From positions 1 to 36,386 of IMG/VR virus record IMGVR_UViG_3300030329_003598: a DNA stretch of 36,386 nucleotides. One strand, 5' to 3'. Position 1 is the first letter of the stretch. The number at the start of each line of letters is the position of its first letter. The notes beneath the pieces were generated by a model, which had not been told where the DNA came from, ran no database searches, and saw nothing but the letters and a program-made list of their open reading frames with translations. A program made the translations under genes and the position numbers. The DNA is from a virus. Taxonomy: Duplodnaviria; Caudoviricetes. Positions 1-10,087 of the stretch are shown here, one piece after another.

Positions 1-195
1 TGCTATCCCCATTAGACTCCACAGATTCAGGTGAGTTATTTGGAGGTCAGGTTTTATTAAAAGAGGCTTGGCATTTTATAGGTGATGAGTTATATATAAC
101 TACTTGGGCAGGTAAGGTACTACTACAACATACAGTGGCACCTTATGATTTCATACCACTGGTAGGGTTTCAAAACTATCAAGATGAGCATCATT
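1..195. repeat. Terminal direct repeat, copy 1 (circular overlap with 36192-36386)
   Basis: 195 bp matching the last 195 bp of the window except at positions 78, 143 and 152. Confidence 0.97.
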
Positions 196-1037
196 TTTGG
201 GGTAAGGGAGAGCCTGAGATAGTTGAGCCATTGGCTGTAGGTACAGCTATATTACTATCACAGAGTTTGGACAATATAATTTTACATGGAAACCCTGGTT
301 GGGTAATGAGCAAAACTATGGCTAAGAATGTGAACAACAGACCTACCAATAAGCCTGGTCAAGTATTTTATACTAATGGTCCACACGAAAGAGTCGATCG
401 CTTACCAGCAGGTAATATATCATCATCTAATCTGCCACTAGCACAATATATGATGCAGATGGTTGACTCAGTAAGTGGTGTCCACGATATTACTCAAGGA
501 AGAAACCCATCAGGTGTTACAGCAGGTAGGGCTATTGCTCAATTGCAAGAGGCATCTCAGCAGGTAATAAGAGCCAAGGAAAGGGAGGTTGGTTCAGATT
601 CAATAATTGATATTTATAAACACACACTTAGTATTCTAGCCAACAACTATGAAGAGGCTATTCAGATTAGAAAGCCAACTGAAGGTGGTTTTGAGTTTAT
701 AAAGATAGAGCCATATCAGTTAGAGGCTCTTTTAGACTTTAAATATGTTCCTGGTTCTAGTATGCCAGAGTCAAAGGCACAGAGAATTGACCAAGCGCTA
801 GACTATGTGCAGTTGGGTCTTCTTACACCAGAGCAGTTTTGGAAGTGGCACGACAGAGATATATCCAATGAAATATTAGATGAGATGATAGAGCAAAAGA
901 AGGCAATGGAGTTTATGAAAGAGCAGGATAATAAAATCATAGAGGGCTCTACAAATGAAGATGAGATTGCTGAGGCACTATTAAGGAGAAGGGTAATGAT
1001 GGGACAGATGGAGGGAGAAGATAGTGGTAAAAAATAA
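1..1037 (+). CDS. Portal protein, C-terminal part (continues from 35438 across the circular junction; about 596 aa in total)
   Basis: Same frame as the ORF from ATG 35438; P22-like portal motifs (FWGKGEPEIVEPL, VSGVHDITQGR, GRAIAQLQEA); follows terL. Confidence 0.9.
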   Translation, partial: LSPLDSTDSGELFGGQVLLKEAWHFIGDELYITTWAGKVLLQHTVAPYDFIPLVGFQNYQDEHHFWGKGEPEIVEPLAVGTAILLSQSLDNIILHGNPGWVMSKTMAKNVNNRPTNKPGQVFYTNGPHERVDRLPAGNISSSNLPLAQYMMQMVDSVSGVHDITQGRNPSGVTAGRAIAQLQEASQQVIRAKEREVGSDSIIDIYKHTLSILANNYEEAIQIRKPTEGGFEFIKIEPYQLEALLDFKYVPGSSMPESKAQRIDQALDYVQLGLLTPEQFWKWHDRDISNEILDEMIEQKKAMEFMKEQDNKIIEGSTNEDEIAEALLRRRVMMGQMEGEDSGKK

Positions 1038-1215
1038 ATCTAGTCTTAGAAAACGTGGAATAACTACACTTAAGCAATGGTGTTTAAGTAATGGGTATAA
1101 TGGAGTGACAAAGGAGTGTGTTATGTCTGCTACCCAAAGTAATGACCCTAAACTACAGAGTATGGGTAAACAGGCTGTCTTACAAAGGGTGGCATCAGAA
1201 CAGGAGAAATCATAA
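1024..1215 (+). CDS. Small basic hypothetical protein
   Basis: GGAGGGAG upstream of GTG; TAATG coupling to the next gene. Confidence 0.7.
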   Translation: MVKNKSSLRKRGITTLKQWCLSNGYNGVTKECVMSATQSNDPKLQSMGKQAVLQRVASEQEKS

Positions 1216-1571
1216 TGGCAGATAAGAAAAAGAAAAAAGATATGAAAAAGTTTATTAGTCGCAGAAGAGCAGGTAGAGGGACAAAGAGCCCTCAATATAC
1301 AAGAGGATATCCTCAGGCAATGGGGGATATTGTAGAGCACACTTATGGTGAGGGTAAAAACTTTACTACAAGTGATGGCTCAATTAATGAGATAGCATCT
1401 TTAGCATATGCTGATAAAGGTAACTCAACTGCTCTTTATTATCATACAGGAAATTTAAAAGTAACAGCATTAAATAGAGGTAATATTGTTGGAACTAATG
1501 CAGATGCCTCTGATGTTGCGACAGTAGCAGGTAAGAGCAGAGCTACAATACCACTTACACATGGTGGTTAA
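1215..1571 (+). CDS. Hypothetical head-region protein with basic N-terminus
   Basis: AGGAG RBS, TAATG overlap, located between portal and scaffold. Confidence 0.7.
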   Translation: MADKKKKKDMKKFISRRRAGRGTKSPQYTRGYPQAMGDIVEHTYGEGKNFTTSDGSINEIASLAYADKGNSTALYYHTGNLKVTALNRGNIVGTNADASDVATVAGKSRATIPLTHGG

Positions 1572-1616
1572 AGATTTTTAGCAAACAAAGGACCAACTCA
1601 GAAAGGAGCGTCTAAA

Positions 1617-2414
1617 ATGCCAAATCCATACAATGATGTGGAGTTAACAGAAGAAGACAAGGGTACATTATATAATGAAACTGAATCTTCATCTGAAGTA
1701 CCCAAAGAGGAATCTTCAAGTGAAGCAAATGAACCAGAGGGTAGCGAAGAAGAGAAAGAAGAGTATTCTTTTGAGTTAGATGGGAAAAAGTATTCTAGTG
1801 AGGATATTTTAAACTGGAAGAAAGACTCAGATAACAAAGAAGAGTGGCAAAAGTCAAATACTCAGAAGGCTCAGGAAATCGCAAAAGTGGGAAAGTTACT
1901 AGATAAGTACAATAAAGATGATGAGTTCAGTCAGTATATCAAAGATTTTTTCTATGATAATCCTGACGAGCTTAAGTCTTTGGGTTTAGAGGACCTTAAA
2001 TTAATACAAGAAGAGTTAGACCAACCTGAGAAGGAGTCTAGCAATAGTATTGAGGAACGTCTTGATAACCTAGAGCTTGACAAGAGGGTAGCAGGTCTAG
2101 AGAATCAACTTGATTCAATTATGGCTAAAAACCCTGAGTTCTTTGAAGATTCAAAAGCAGAAATGAAGTTTCTAGATTTTGTTGAAGATAATGAGATGAT
2201 AGATTTAGATGAAGCATTTTTGCAATGGTCTTATCCACAACTTAGAGGGCAACTCGATCACTATAAAAAGTTAGGAGAAAACAAAAAGCGAAATCAGGGC
2301 AAGGTGGTGCATAATGCAGAAGTAGGGGCAAAGGATGTTTCTACACCACAGAGGCCTACAGATTATAAGGATATTAATATGAATAATCCTGATGTCGCTA
2401 AATACTTTGAGTAG
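1617..2414 (+). CDS. Capsid scaffolding protein
   Basis: Acidic, coiled-coil-like, directly upstream of the capsid gene; AAGGAG RBS; WQKSNTQKAQEIA resembles the YTxKTQxxA segment of phage scaffolds. Confidence 0.75.
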   Translation: MPNPYNDVELTEEDKGTLYNETESSSEVPKEESSSEANEPEGSEEEKEEYSFELDGKKYSSEDILNWKKDSDNKEEWQKSNTQKAQEIAKVGKLLDKYNKDDEFSQYIKDFFYDNPDELKSLGLEDLKLIQEELDQPEKESSNSIEERLDNLELDKRVAGLENQLDSIMAKNPEFFEDSKAEMKFLDFVEDNEMIDLDEAFLQWSYPQLRGQLDHYKKLGENKKRNQGKVVHNAEVGAKDVSTPQRPTDYKDINMNNPDVAKYFE

Positions 2415-2431
2415 AAAGGAAGGATAGATAG

Positions 2432-3550
2432 ATGGCAACTCCATCAACAACGATTAATTGGGATGCGTTATCCTCGTTAACTCGTGATAAATTCTTACCT
2501 GTTCTAGTAGATAATATCTTTAACTCTAACCCTTTAACTGTTAAGCTACTTGCGAATGCTGAAAAGTTAGATGGTGGAAGAAAGATTATTACTCCACTTG
2601 AATATGCTAAGAATGGTGCTCAAGGCTTCTACTCTGGATATGATGTATTGGATACAACACCATCAGACCCTGTAACATCAGGTGTTTGGGATTGGAAACA
2701 GGCGTATGCTAACATCTCCATATCTGGAGAAGAGGAATTGAAAAACTCTGGTGACAGTATGGTTCTGTCACTTTTAAAAGCCAAAATGAAGAATGCAGAG
2801 AGTTCTCTGAAGGATTTATTTGGTGACAAGGTGTTTGGAACTGGGTCAGCGGCTCCAGCATCAAATGAAATAACAGCCCTATGTGGTCAAGGTACAGTTG
2901 ATAATAGTACAGATGAAGCATCTGAATCAGCAGTCATTGACTATGCAGGTTCGTCAATGGTTCACGCAGGAGGTAATATTGATAACTGTGTTATAGGTTA
3001 CAATAGGTCATTAGGTGGTGTAGACAGTGATAGCAATAGTTGGTTTGAATCTAAGTTTGCTTCATTTGCCGCTGATGGAACTCCAATTACATCTAATGCT
3101 GATTTTGGCGATTTGATAACTGTAGAAAATGGTGTTAGTGCAATCACAAAGAGAATGACTAGATTGTATGGCTCCTTAACTATAGGCAACGATCAACCAG
3201 ACCTTATTATATGTCCTCAGGTTATTTATGATGCATATGAAACAGGTTTACAAGCAAACAAGCGTTTTGAGAGTGCTGATGCAGGACTAGGAAACGCAGG
3301 TTTCTCAACATTGAGATTTAAGAACGCCGCTGTGGTAGCAGATTCACACTGCCCAGATGGAACAATGTTAATGTTGAACACTAAGTACTTAGACTTCAAA
3401 GTCCACAGTAAGAGAAACTTCTCTTTCCAAGACTTTCAGAAGCCTATTAACCAAGATGCAAGGACAGCCAAGATTTTCTGGATGGGTCAGTTAGTATGTA
3501 CTAACCCAAGAATGCAGGGAATGATCGTTGGTGGTCCTAGCTCATATTAG
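2432..3550 (+). CDS. Major capsid protein
   Basis: 372 aa after the scaffold; MCP-like motifs (LVDNIFNSNPL, GFYSGYDVLD, WKQAYANISISG, GQLVCTNPRMQG). Confidence 0.9.
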   Translation: MATPSTTINWDALSSLTRDKFLPVLVDNIFNSNPLTVKLLANAEKLDGGRKIITPLEYAKNGAQGFYSGYDVLDTTPSDPVTSGVWDWKQAYANISISGEEELKNSGDSMVLSLLKAKMKNAESSLKDLFGDKVFGTGSAAPASNEITALCGQGTVDNSTDEASESAVIDYAGSSMVHAGGNIDNCVIGYNRSLGGVDSDSNSWFESKFASFAADGTPITSNADFGDLITVENGVSAITKRMTRLYGSLTIGNDQPDLIICPQVIYDAYETGLQANKRFESADAGLGNAGFSTLRFKNAAVVADSHCPDGTMLMLNTKYLDFKVHSKRNFSFQDFQKPINQDARTAKIFWMGQLVCTNPRMQGMIVGGPSSY

Positions 3551-3562
3551 GAGGGATGAATA

Positions 3563-4054
3563 ATGGGATTATATAGTTTTCCAACACACGTTAGTTTAAC
3601 ATCTGCTCCTAGTGGTATAGATACTACTCAGGTGTACAATAATGGTCAATTAGGATTTACAAGCGATGGTAAAGGATATAGATATGTAGAAGTTGATGTA
3701 ACTGATGCTGTTGATTGGGCTGTTGGTCATCCAGTAGGGTGTATGCAAGATGCGACTGATTTTACTGTAACAGCAGACCAGTCAGATTCTTTAGTACCTT
3801 GTGGCATTGCACTTGATGTGATAGATGTTTCAGAATACTCATCACCAATATGGGTATGGATTCAGGTAAGTGGTTTAGCAACTACAACAGCGACTAATGC
3901 AGATATAACAGGTGGACAACCTCTTATATGGTCAGGTGATGGAGTTGTTGACCACTTTGCAGATGGTGGCGAAGAGTTGGTATTTGCTCACGCTGTAACT
4001 CATACAGGGACAGCAACTGCTAACTCAACTTATGTAATATTGCATATTTTATAG
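3563..4054 (+). CDS. Putative capsid decoration/cement protein
   Basis: Directly after the MCP with AGGAGG RBS; beta-rich with GKGYRYV and WVWIQVSG motifs. Confidence 0.6.
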   Translation: MGLYSFPTHVSLTSAPSGIDTTQVYNNGQLGFTSDGKGYRYVEVDVTDAVDWAVGHPVGCMQDATDFTVTADQSDSLVPCGIALDVIDVSEYSSPIWVWIQVSGLATTTATNADITGGQPLIWSGDGVVDHFADGGEELVFAHAVTHTGTATANSTYVILHIL

Positions 4055-4078
4055 GGCATTATTATATAAATAACAAAT

Positions 4079-4102
4079 TGGGGCTTGGGCAACTGAGCCC
4101 CA
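4079..4102 (+). terminator. GNRA-capped hairpin after the capsid genes (weak terminator or mRNA stabiliser)
   Basis: TGGGGCTTGG-GCAA-CTGAGCCCCA stem with G-U pairs; only a weak U-tract. Confidence 0.55.
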
Positions 4103-4117
4103 TATTGGAGAAAATAA

Positions 4118-4720
4118 ATGACAGGAAATGAAATGCTAACTGCATTGCAGTTTAGGTTAGAAGATGATACAAGTAATAATAATTTTTCATCAGAACAGAA
4201 GTTGGGTGCAATAAACTCAGCTACTAAAGCGATCGTAGCAATGGTAAGTATTGGTATGTTGCCAGATTTGGTTACAAAGACTGATTCAGGCACCCTATCA
4301 ACAGAGAGTGTTACAGGGTACAAATATAAAGACCTATCATCAGTTTCATTAACAAGAGGTATAGATGGAATTTTAAAGGTCTATGATGATACAAATGATG
4401 TATGGGCAACAATAGTTTCACCTTTAAATTTTCAGTTTGATTCAGCATCATCTAAATATGGGACAATGGCCACAGTTATGGACAATAAATTATATATAGT
4501 GCCTTCATCGTGTACTAATGTTGATATATGGCACCTAAAAGAACCAGCAGATATAGCCGCTAGTGGAGATGAGATAACAGAGTTTGACCCAATTTTACAG
4601 GACATAATAGTAGACTTAGCAGAGTCTGAGCTTTGGAGAGCAGACAACAGAAATGAGAGAGCAAATGCTCCATACCAAAATGCAATATCAAAAATAAACC
4701 AAATTAACCAAGGTTATTAA
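4118..4720 (+). CDS. Head-tail adaptor / connector protein
   Basis: MTxxEMLxxLQxRL N-terminus, helical C-terminus, located between capsid and nozzle genes. Confidence 0.65.
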   Translation: MTGNEMLTALQFRLEDDTSNNNFSSEQKLGAINSATKAIVAMVSIGMLPDLVTKTDSGTLSTESVTGYKYKDLSSVSLTRGIDGILKVYDDTNDVWATIVSPLNFQFDSASSKYGTMATVMDNKLYIVPSSCTNVDIWHLKEPADIAASGDEITEFDPILQDIIVDLAESELWRADNRNERANAPYQNAISKINQINQGY

Positions 4721-7700
4721 ATGCCCCAGAAAAGACTAAATTTATCTGGAGGACTCAATACTAGAGATGATGAGAATGCTGTTGGATTTGATGGCTTTAC
4801 AGTCCTAAAAAACACAAGGCACGAGGGTATGGGGAGCATAAAAAAGAGGTTTGGAACCACTAAGGTTTCAGGTTCTAATTATGACTCAAAATCATTAACT
4901 CAGCTACAATATTTTGTACACGAAAAACTTTATTCAACAAAAATAACTGCATCAAGTAATAATATAACATTTAGTGATACATCTAATACTATTGCTTTTG
5001 ACTCAGACCCTGGTTTATATGCTCATTTTAAGGTTGGTGATGTTATTTTGATGGAGAGTACAAACTCTACATTTTTGAAAAATAATTACAGACCAGGGAC
5101 GATCAAATCAATATCAAATACAAGTGGCTCACCAGGTTGGACAATAGAATTTGAAGAATCATATGTGGTTATAGTTGGTGGTACACAGAGTGGAGACCAT
5201 CTAACTATAGGCTATGGATATATGGATGGCACAGCAACCTATGACACAGAGCTTATTACTTCTGACCAAGACAAAACATTTGGTCTATCAGGGACAGGCA
5301 ACTGGGCTGAGTACAGGCCTGATGGGGACCATGTAACATTGTCTAAATATAGCGCAGGGGGTATTGAGGCTCTAAAGGTTGAAATAGTAAGTGGTAATGC
5401 TGGTTATAGATATGGTGCAACACTAGCAGATGAATTTATAGATGGTGCTGGTGGTGCATATCCAGTAGTTAAAGGTGGATGGTATGCTATTGAGTTTGAT
5501 GTATCCTCTGATGGTACTTCAGGAAATGACCATCAGAAATTTATTAGCTTTTATGGGCATACATTTAACCTTGGGAGAGTTCGTAGTGAAGATTTTGGAA
5601 GTAATGGGTATACTGAGTATACAGATGTTGGAAGTACCTATAAAGTTTTTTGTCCTGCCCTTGATGATACAAGTGGCTTAACAGTATATGTTAAGGGTAC
5701 ATCTGCCTTTGATACAATATATGATAATTTTAGTGTTAAAAGAATAAAAGCCCCTATGCTATTCCCCTACACCTCTGCAACTCAAAAATATGAAGGTGAG
5801 GCTTGGGTTGGTGTATATGAGGTTTCAGATAATAAACTTGTGTCCTTGGCCACAGGCTCTATAGACACTGATGAGGCTACATTTGGAGACCAAGTTGTTA
5901 TAAAGGATTATGGGGATAACTCCAGTGATTATCCAGTTGATGCTAGTGTCCACAATAAAGCTGTGAGATTTTCTGGTGGGCATGAAGCAGAGCCATCAAT
6001 TTTTACTTATGTAAACAGGGCTCATTTTAATAATATATTTGAAACACACCCTAATGGATATTATTTTGGTGCATCAGCAGGGTGGAAATTTGATGATTCA
6101 AGGGCAGGAAAATCACCAGTTACTGTGGCATCAACTTCAGTTATAAGCCCCTTAGATGACTCAACCCTTAGGGATTCCAGGTCAATAGGCTCTCTTAATT
6201 TTTTAGATAATATATACTACTATAAAATCATACCAGTTTATGATGGAAATGAAGAGGCAACACTAGAGGACAATATCACAGGTGGCAACTATGACTTTAC
6301 ATCTTCAGAGGTTCCCCCTAACCCAAATAATCCTAATAAAAATATCGCTATGTTTACAGCAGATTTTACTTTAAACACATTAAACCCTAGGATAAGCTCC
6401 TTTAATGTTTATAGGTCAACAGATACAACAACATGGAATAAGATTGCCACTATTAATGCAGGTGGTGAGGATTCTAATGCATTTAAGTTAACAGATGGAT
6501 ATGTTACAAATGGAAAGGTATATTTTAGTGGTTTTGGGGTAACAATTTCTGATAACCCTGCTACTGAATATTATACAGCAGAAGGGATTGCACGAGACAC
6601 ACTATACGCTCATGTTGATTTCTTATCAGGCCAAAGGATTATAGTTGATGGCATTACACTTGGCTGTGAAGATAATACTGCTGTTTCTAATACAGATGCT
6701 TGGGATGTCTGTACACTAGATAATGATGATGGTGCATCTGGTGGAGTACATAGTGCTATGCAAGATTCAACAAACTTATCTGTTGGTAGTGATTGGGTAG
6801 ACCAATATGGTCACAGTAAAATGTATAAATTTAATGAGCCTATTCAAGACACAGGTATGGTTACCTGCTTAAATGATGATGGAAGTGGTGGCTCTCTTAC
6901 AGGTGGTGTTTGTATACTTACAACATATCACACCTGTGCAGATGGAGACCTTGGCTCAAAGGAAACTTTAAATAAAATGGATTGCTCTGAAGTTGGTAAT
7001 TTAGATTTTGCAAAATATGGTGGTTTAGGTGGCTCTGATGCAGAAACAAATGTTACAGATTGGAGTGTTTATGGTGAGGCTGGTATATATGATGGCTCAT
7101 ACAATGAAACTATAAACCCATCTCAACATCTAAAATTTGTTGGTGATGGTGCTGAATTGACATTTAAATGTGGTATTGGTACTGGGACTACAGGGTCAGA
7201 TGTTATGTACGATCAAACAGTTGGAGATTTATCTCAAAATTGGGACACTGACCAGGCTTCTAGTTATAGTGGGCAAGAGGGTATTCCTGCTGTAATAGGT
7301 TTTTGGGTTAAGGCAAAGAACTTTGATGCTGATACAACTTGGGAGATATGGGTAGACTCTGCTGATTCTCACGTGGCTGGAGGTGGTACAACACTGGTAC
7401 AATTAGTATCTGGTGTGGGTAATCTAAATAAATGGAGATATGTTCAAAGGGAGTTTACACCAACACATGCAACAGGTAATAGGCTAATGGTGCACGTTCA
7501 ATCTGGAAAAAAAGGTGAAATATTATTAGACAAAGTATTCTGTGGTCAGCTACAGAACCCTACATTGGGAGAGCATACAGTATATCATCTAGATGGTAGT
7601 AGAAAGGTTACATTAGGAACCTCTATTTATCAGTCAACATTGTTTAATAATGAAAATTTTGGTGATAGTGAGTTTAGGGGTGGTATTTGGAGCTCAAGTT

Positions 7701-9061
7701 TAACGAGTCATAGTGGATTAATAAAAGATAATAATCTAGATTTAATTGGGCTTACAAGTGGAGCTAATATTACAGCAGAGGCATCTAGTCAAACCTTGTA
7801 TTTAAATAAAACATATTCTTGGAGGATGACAGGTTTATCAAATTATTTACTTCACAACAATGATGAGCTTGACCCTGCTCAAAGTGGTTGTGAAACTGTA
7901 ACAGGTACATCAACTGAAGCATCTCAATATGATGAGATAAGGTTGCGCTTTGTAGATAAGGGGCTAACACTTGGGGCTACTCATTATTTAGGTGGTATAA
8001 CATCACTTCAAACTAACTATAAATATAGTGAAGAATTAAATGGAAGGCTTTTTACAGGTAATGTTAAGATTACCAGTGATGAAGGTGAGTCAGAGTACAG
8101 AGATAACTTTATAATATTCTCTGAATTAGCTAAGTACAGTGTTTTACCTATTAGCAACTACATACAGCTATCAGATTTGCAAGGTGGTCAGCTTATTGGA
8201 TTGCGATCGATAATGAGTAATTTAGTTGCATTTATGGAAAGGGGAATTTTTATATTAAATGTCCCATCAGCCTCACCAGGTACTTGGAGTTTATCTGAGT
8301 CTCACCCAAACGCTACACCACTTGATAATAAGGCAATAGTAAAAACAACAGATGGTGTGTGGTATATGGGAAGAGATAATGTGTATTTACTAGATAACTC
8401 ACTTAACTTAATACCAAAAGGTGAGCAAATTCTTAATACATATAAATCCTATGTAACAGATATAGCTGACAAGGGCAAGTCAAGATTATTTTATGATGCA
8501 CAAAATCAAAGAATATTCATGAGAATGCCATACTTCCCAAATGGTACAAGCACCTCATTATTTATATATGAAATGAAAAAACAGATATGGCACGAGCATG
8601 TCCTAGACACACAGGCAAACTTAGCAACTTACTTTGAAAATATGTCAGCAGATAATAAAGGTAACAACTATTATATTGGAAAAAGAGGTGCGCATGGCGA
8701 TGTTTGGGCTACTGAAGATGCAAGTTCATCAGAGTCATTAGCAATGACCATTACCACTGGGTACCAGCAATTAACAGACTTAGATAGGCAAGGTATCATA
8801 AGGAAAATAATGGCTACAGGAACAAAAATTAGTGATGGGAGTGGTGATGGGTTAGATATTACAGTTACATCAAAGACAGATAGTGGTACGACATCTTTAA
8901 TAAAGACCTTGGAAAATATGGTTTTAAGTGATACAGCAGAGGTTACAGAGTCAAGAAGAGTTGGCCACAGAGGAAAATATGTTAAAGTGAGTATAGTCTC
9001 TGCATCTGATGCAGATGAGAACCAAGAAATAAATGTAGTTGATGTGGACTATGATGTATGA
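4721..9061 (+). CDS. Tail nozzle / head-stabilisation protein (tail tubular B or P22 gp10-like) with a large central insertion
   Basis: N-terminal LSGGLNT...KKRFG and C-terminal propeller-like repeats (LNGRLFTGNV, IIFSE, LVAFMERGIFIL) flank G/S/T/D-rich beta domains. Confidence 0.7.
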   Translation: MPQKRLNLSGGLNTRDDENAVGFDGFTVLKNTRHEGMGSIKKRFGTTKVSGSNYDSKSLTQLQYFVHEKLYSTKITASSNNITFSDTSNTIAFDSDPGLYAHFKVGDVILMESTNSTFLKNNYRPGTIKSISNTSGSPGWTIEFEESYVVIVGGTQSGDHLTIGYGYMDGTATYDTELITSDQDKTFGLSGTGNWAEYRPDGDHVTLSKYSAGGIEALKVEIVSGNAGYRYGATLADEFIDGAGGAYPVVKGGWYAIEFDVSSDGTSGNDHQKFISFYGHTFNLGRVRSEDFGSNGYTEYTDVGSTYKVFCPALDDTSGLTVYVKGTSAFDTIYDNFSVKRIKAPMLFPYTSATQKYEGEAWVGVYEVSDNKLVSLATGSIDTDEATFGDQVVIKDYGDNSSDYPVDASVHNKAVRFSGGHEAEPSIFTYVNRAHFNNIFETHPNGYYFGASAGWKFDDSRAGKSPVTVASTSVISPLDDSTLRDSRSIGSLNFLDNIYYYKIIPVYDGNEEATLEDNITGGNYDFTSSEVPPNPNNPNKNIAMFTADFTLNTLNPRISSFNVYRSTDTTTWNKIATINAGGEDSNAFKLTDGYVTNGKVYFSGFGVTISDNPATEYYTAEGIARDTLYAHVDFLSGQRIIVDGITLGCEDNTAVSNTDAWDVCTLDNDDGASGGVHSAMQDSTNLSVGSDWVDQYGHSKMYKFNEPIQDTGMVTCLNDDGSGGSLTGGVCILTTYHTCADGDLGSKETLNKMDCSEVGNLDFAKYGGLGGSDAETNVTDWSVYGEAGIYDGSYNETINPSQHLKFVGDGAELTFKCGIGTGTTGSDVMYDQTVGDLSQNWDTDQASSYSGQEGIPAVIGFWVKAKNFDADTTWEIWVDSADSHVAGGGTTLVQLVSGVGNLNKWRYVQREFTPTHATGNRLMVHVQSGKKGEILLDKVFCGQLQNPTLGEHTVYHLDGSRKVTLGTSIYQSTLFNNENFGDSEFRGGIWSSSLTSHSGLIKDNNLDLIGLTSGANITAEASSQTLYLNKTYSWRMTGLSNYLLHNNDELDPAQSGCETVTGTSTEASQYDEIRLRFVDKGLTLGATHYLGGITSLQTNYKYSEELNGRLFTGNVKITSDEGESEYRDNFIIFSELAKYSVLPISNYIQLSDLQGGQLIGLRSIMSNLVAFMERGIFILNVPSASPGTWSLSESHPNATPLDNKAIVKTTDGVWYMGRDNVYLLDNSLNLIPKGEQILNTYKSYVTDIADKGKSRLFYDAQNQRIFMRMPYFPNGTSTSLFIYEMKKQIWHEHVLDTQANLATYFENMSADNKGNNYYIGKRGAHGDVWATEDASSSESLAMTITTGYQQLTDLDRQGIIRKIMATGTKISDGSGDGLDITVTSKTDSGTTSLIKTLENMVLSDTAEVTESRRVGHRGKYVKVSIVSASDADENQEINVVDVDYDV

Positions 9062-9174
9062 TAGGATATAAGACAGATAATAAAGATATAGACAAATTAA
9101 TATCTAGGCTTGAGGATATTTTACAGGACCTAGAGGTAAGAATAAAAGCCCTAGAGGAAAAGGTAGGAACCTAA
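9058..9174 (+). CDS. 38-aa coiled-coil peptide (not in ORF track)
   Basis: ATGA overlap with the nozzle stop; MIGYKTDNKDIDKLISRLEDILQDLEVRIKALEEKVGT fills the gap to 9176. Confidence 0.7.
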   Translation: MIGYKTDNKDIDKLISRLEDILQDLEVRIKALEEKVGT

Positions 9175-9175
9175 A

Positions 9176-10087
9176 ATGACTTGGAATGAATTAATAGATA
9201 GATGTTTACTTTACACCTCATCATCAAGAGATATGTTGAGAGAGCTAATGAAAGAGGCAGAGGAAGAGCTCTGTACTAGGCTTGAGATATACGACTCGTT
9301 GTATGAGATAACTGTACCAGCTACTACATCTGGTATGGGTGTTGAGCACACACTCACTGAGGCAAATGCTGACCATAACTATATGGCATTGCCAGATGAG
9401 TATATAAAGGACAATTATGTTCTATGTAATGGAAAGTATCTAAAAAAGATTACTGAGGCTGATATATATAGAGACAACTCTAATCAAGTGTCACCAGGAG
9501 AACCTACTGGATATACAATCTCAGGTGACTTTATTATATTTGATAAGATACCAGACACAGGTGATAATATTGTTTTAAGCTACAAGTCAACTTTAGATAA
9601 GTATACAAATAATAAAATTTTTACCATACTAGAGGTTGACTCAGGGAACAACTATATATATTTAAACACTGATATAGCCACTGAGTTAAATGGGTTAACT
9701 GTAATATGTGGTGTTACAAGCCAAACCCTTGCAAGTGGTGCTATGTCTACTGTGGGTACATATTTAGGTAGTATAGACAGGACACATAGCAATGTAATAT
9801 CTGTTATATCAAATACACCAAATAAAATAGCTAGATACACACTTTCTAGTGCAACTAATTTTATAGAGGGTTCATTGGCTATGGTTGTTAACTATAGGAG
9901 TATTGCCCCACTTATACCAAAAAGATTTCACACATCATTATGTGATTATGCTATAGCGATCGCAAGTGTCAAGTCAAACCCTGTTTTATATGATACTCAT
10001 TGGAATAAATGGCTAGGGCAATTAGAGAGGCATATAAATGAGGGGCAGGACAGAGATTTGATACATTCAGTTAGGGAGGTTCTGTAA
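9176..10087 (+). CDS. Second adaptor-like virion protein with internal insertion
   Basis: MTWNELIDR start, ALPDEY, GEPTGY and PLIPKRFHTSLCDYA adaptor-type motifs. Confidence 0.6.
   Translation: MTWNELIDRCLLYTSSSRDMLRELMKEAEEELCTRLEIYDSLYEITVPATTSGMGVEHTLTEANADHNYMALPDEYIKDNYVLCNGKYLKKITEADIYRDNSNQVSPGEPTGYTISGDFIIFDKIPDTGDNIVLSYKSTLDKYTNNKIFTILEVDSGNNYIYLNTDIATELNGLTVICGVTSQTLASGAMSTVGTYLGSIDRTHSNVISVISNTPNKIARYTLSSATNFIEGSLAMVVNYRSIAPLIPKRFHTSLCDYAIAIASVKSNPVLYDTHWNKWLGQLERHINEGQDRDLIHSVREVL

Noticed and set aside
1-195. Terminal repeat as a true physical DTR or DGR template/variable repeat pair
   Set aside because: It interrupts the portal gene, the differences are not adenine-specific, and no reverse transcriptase is present
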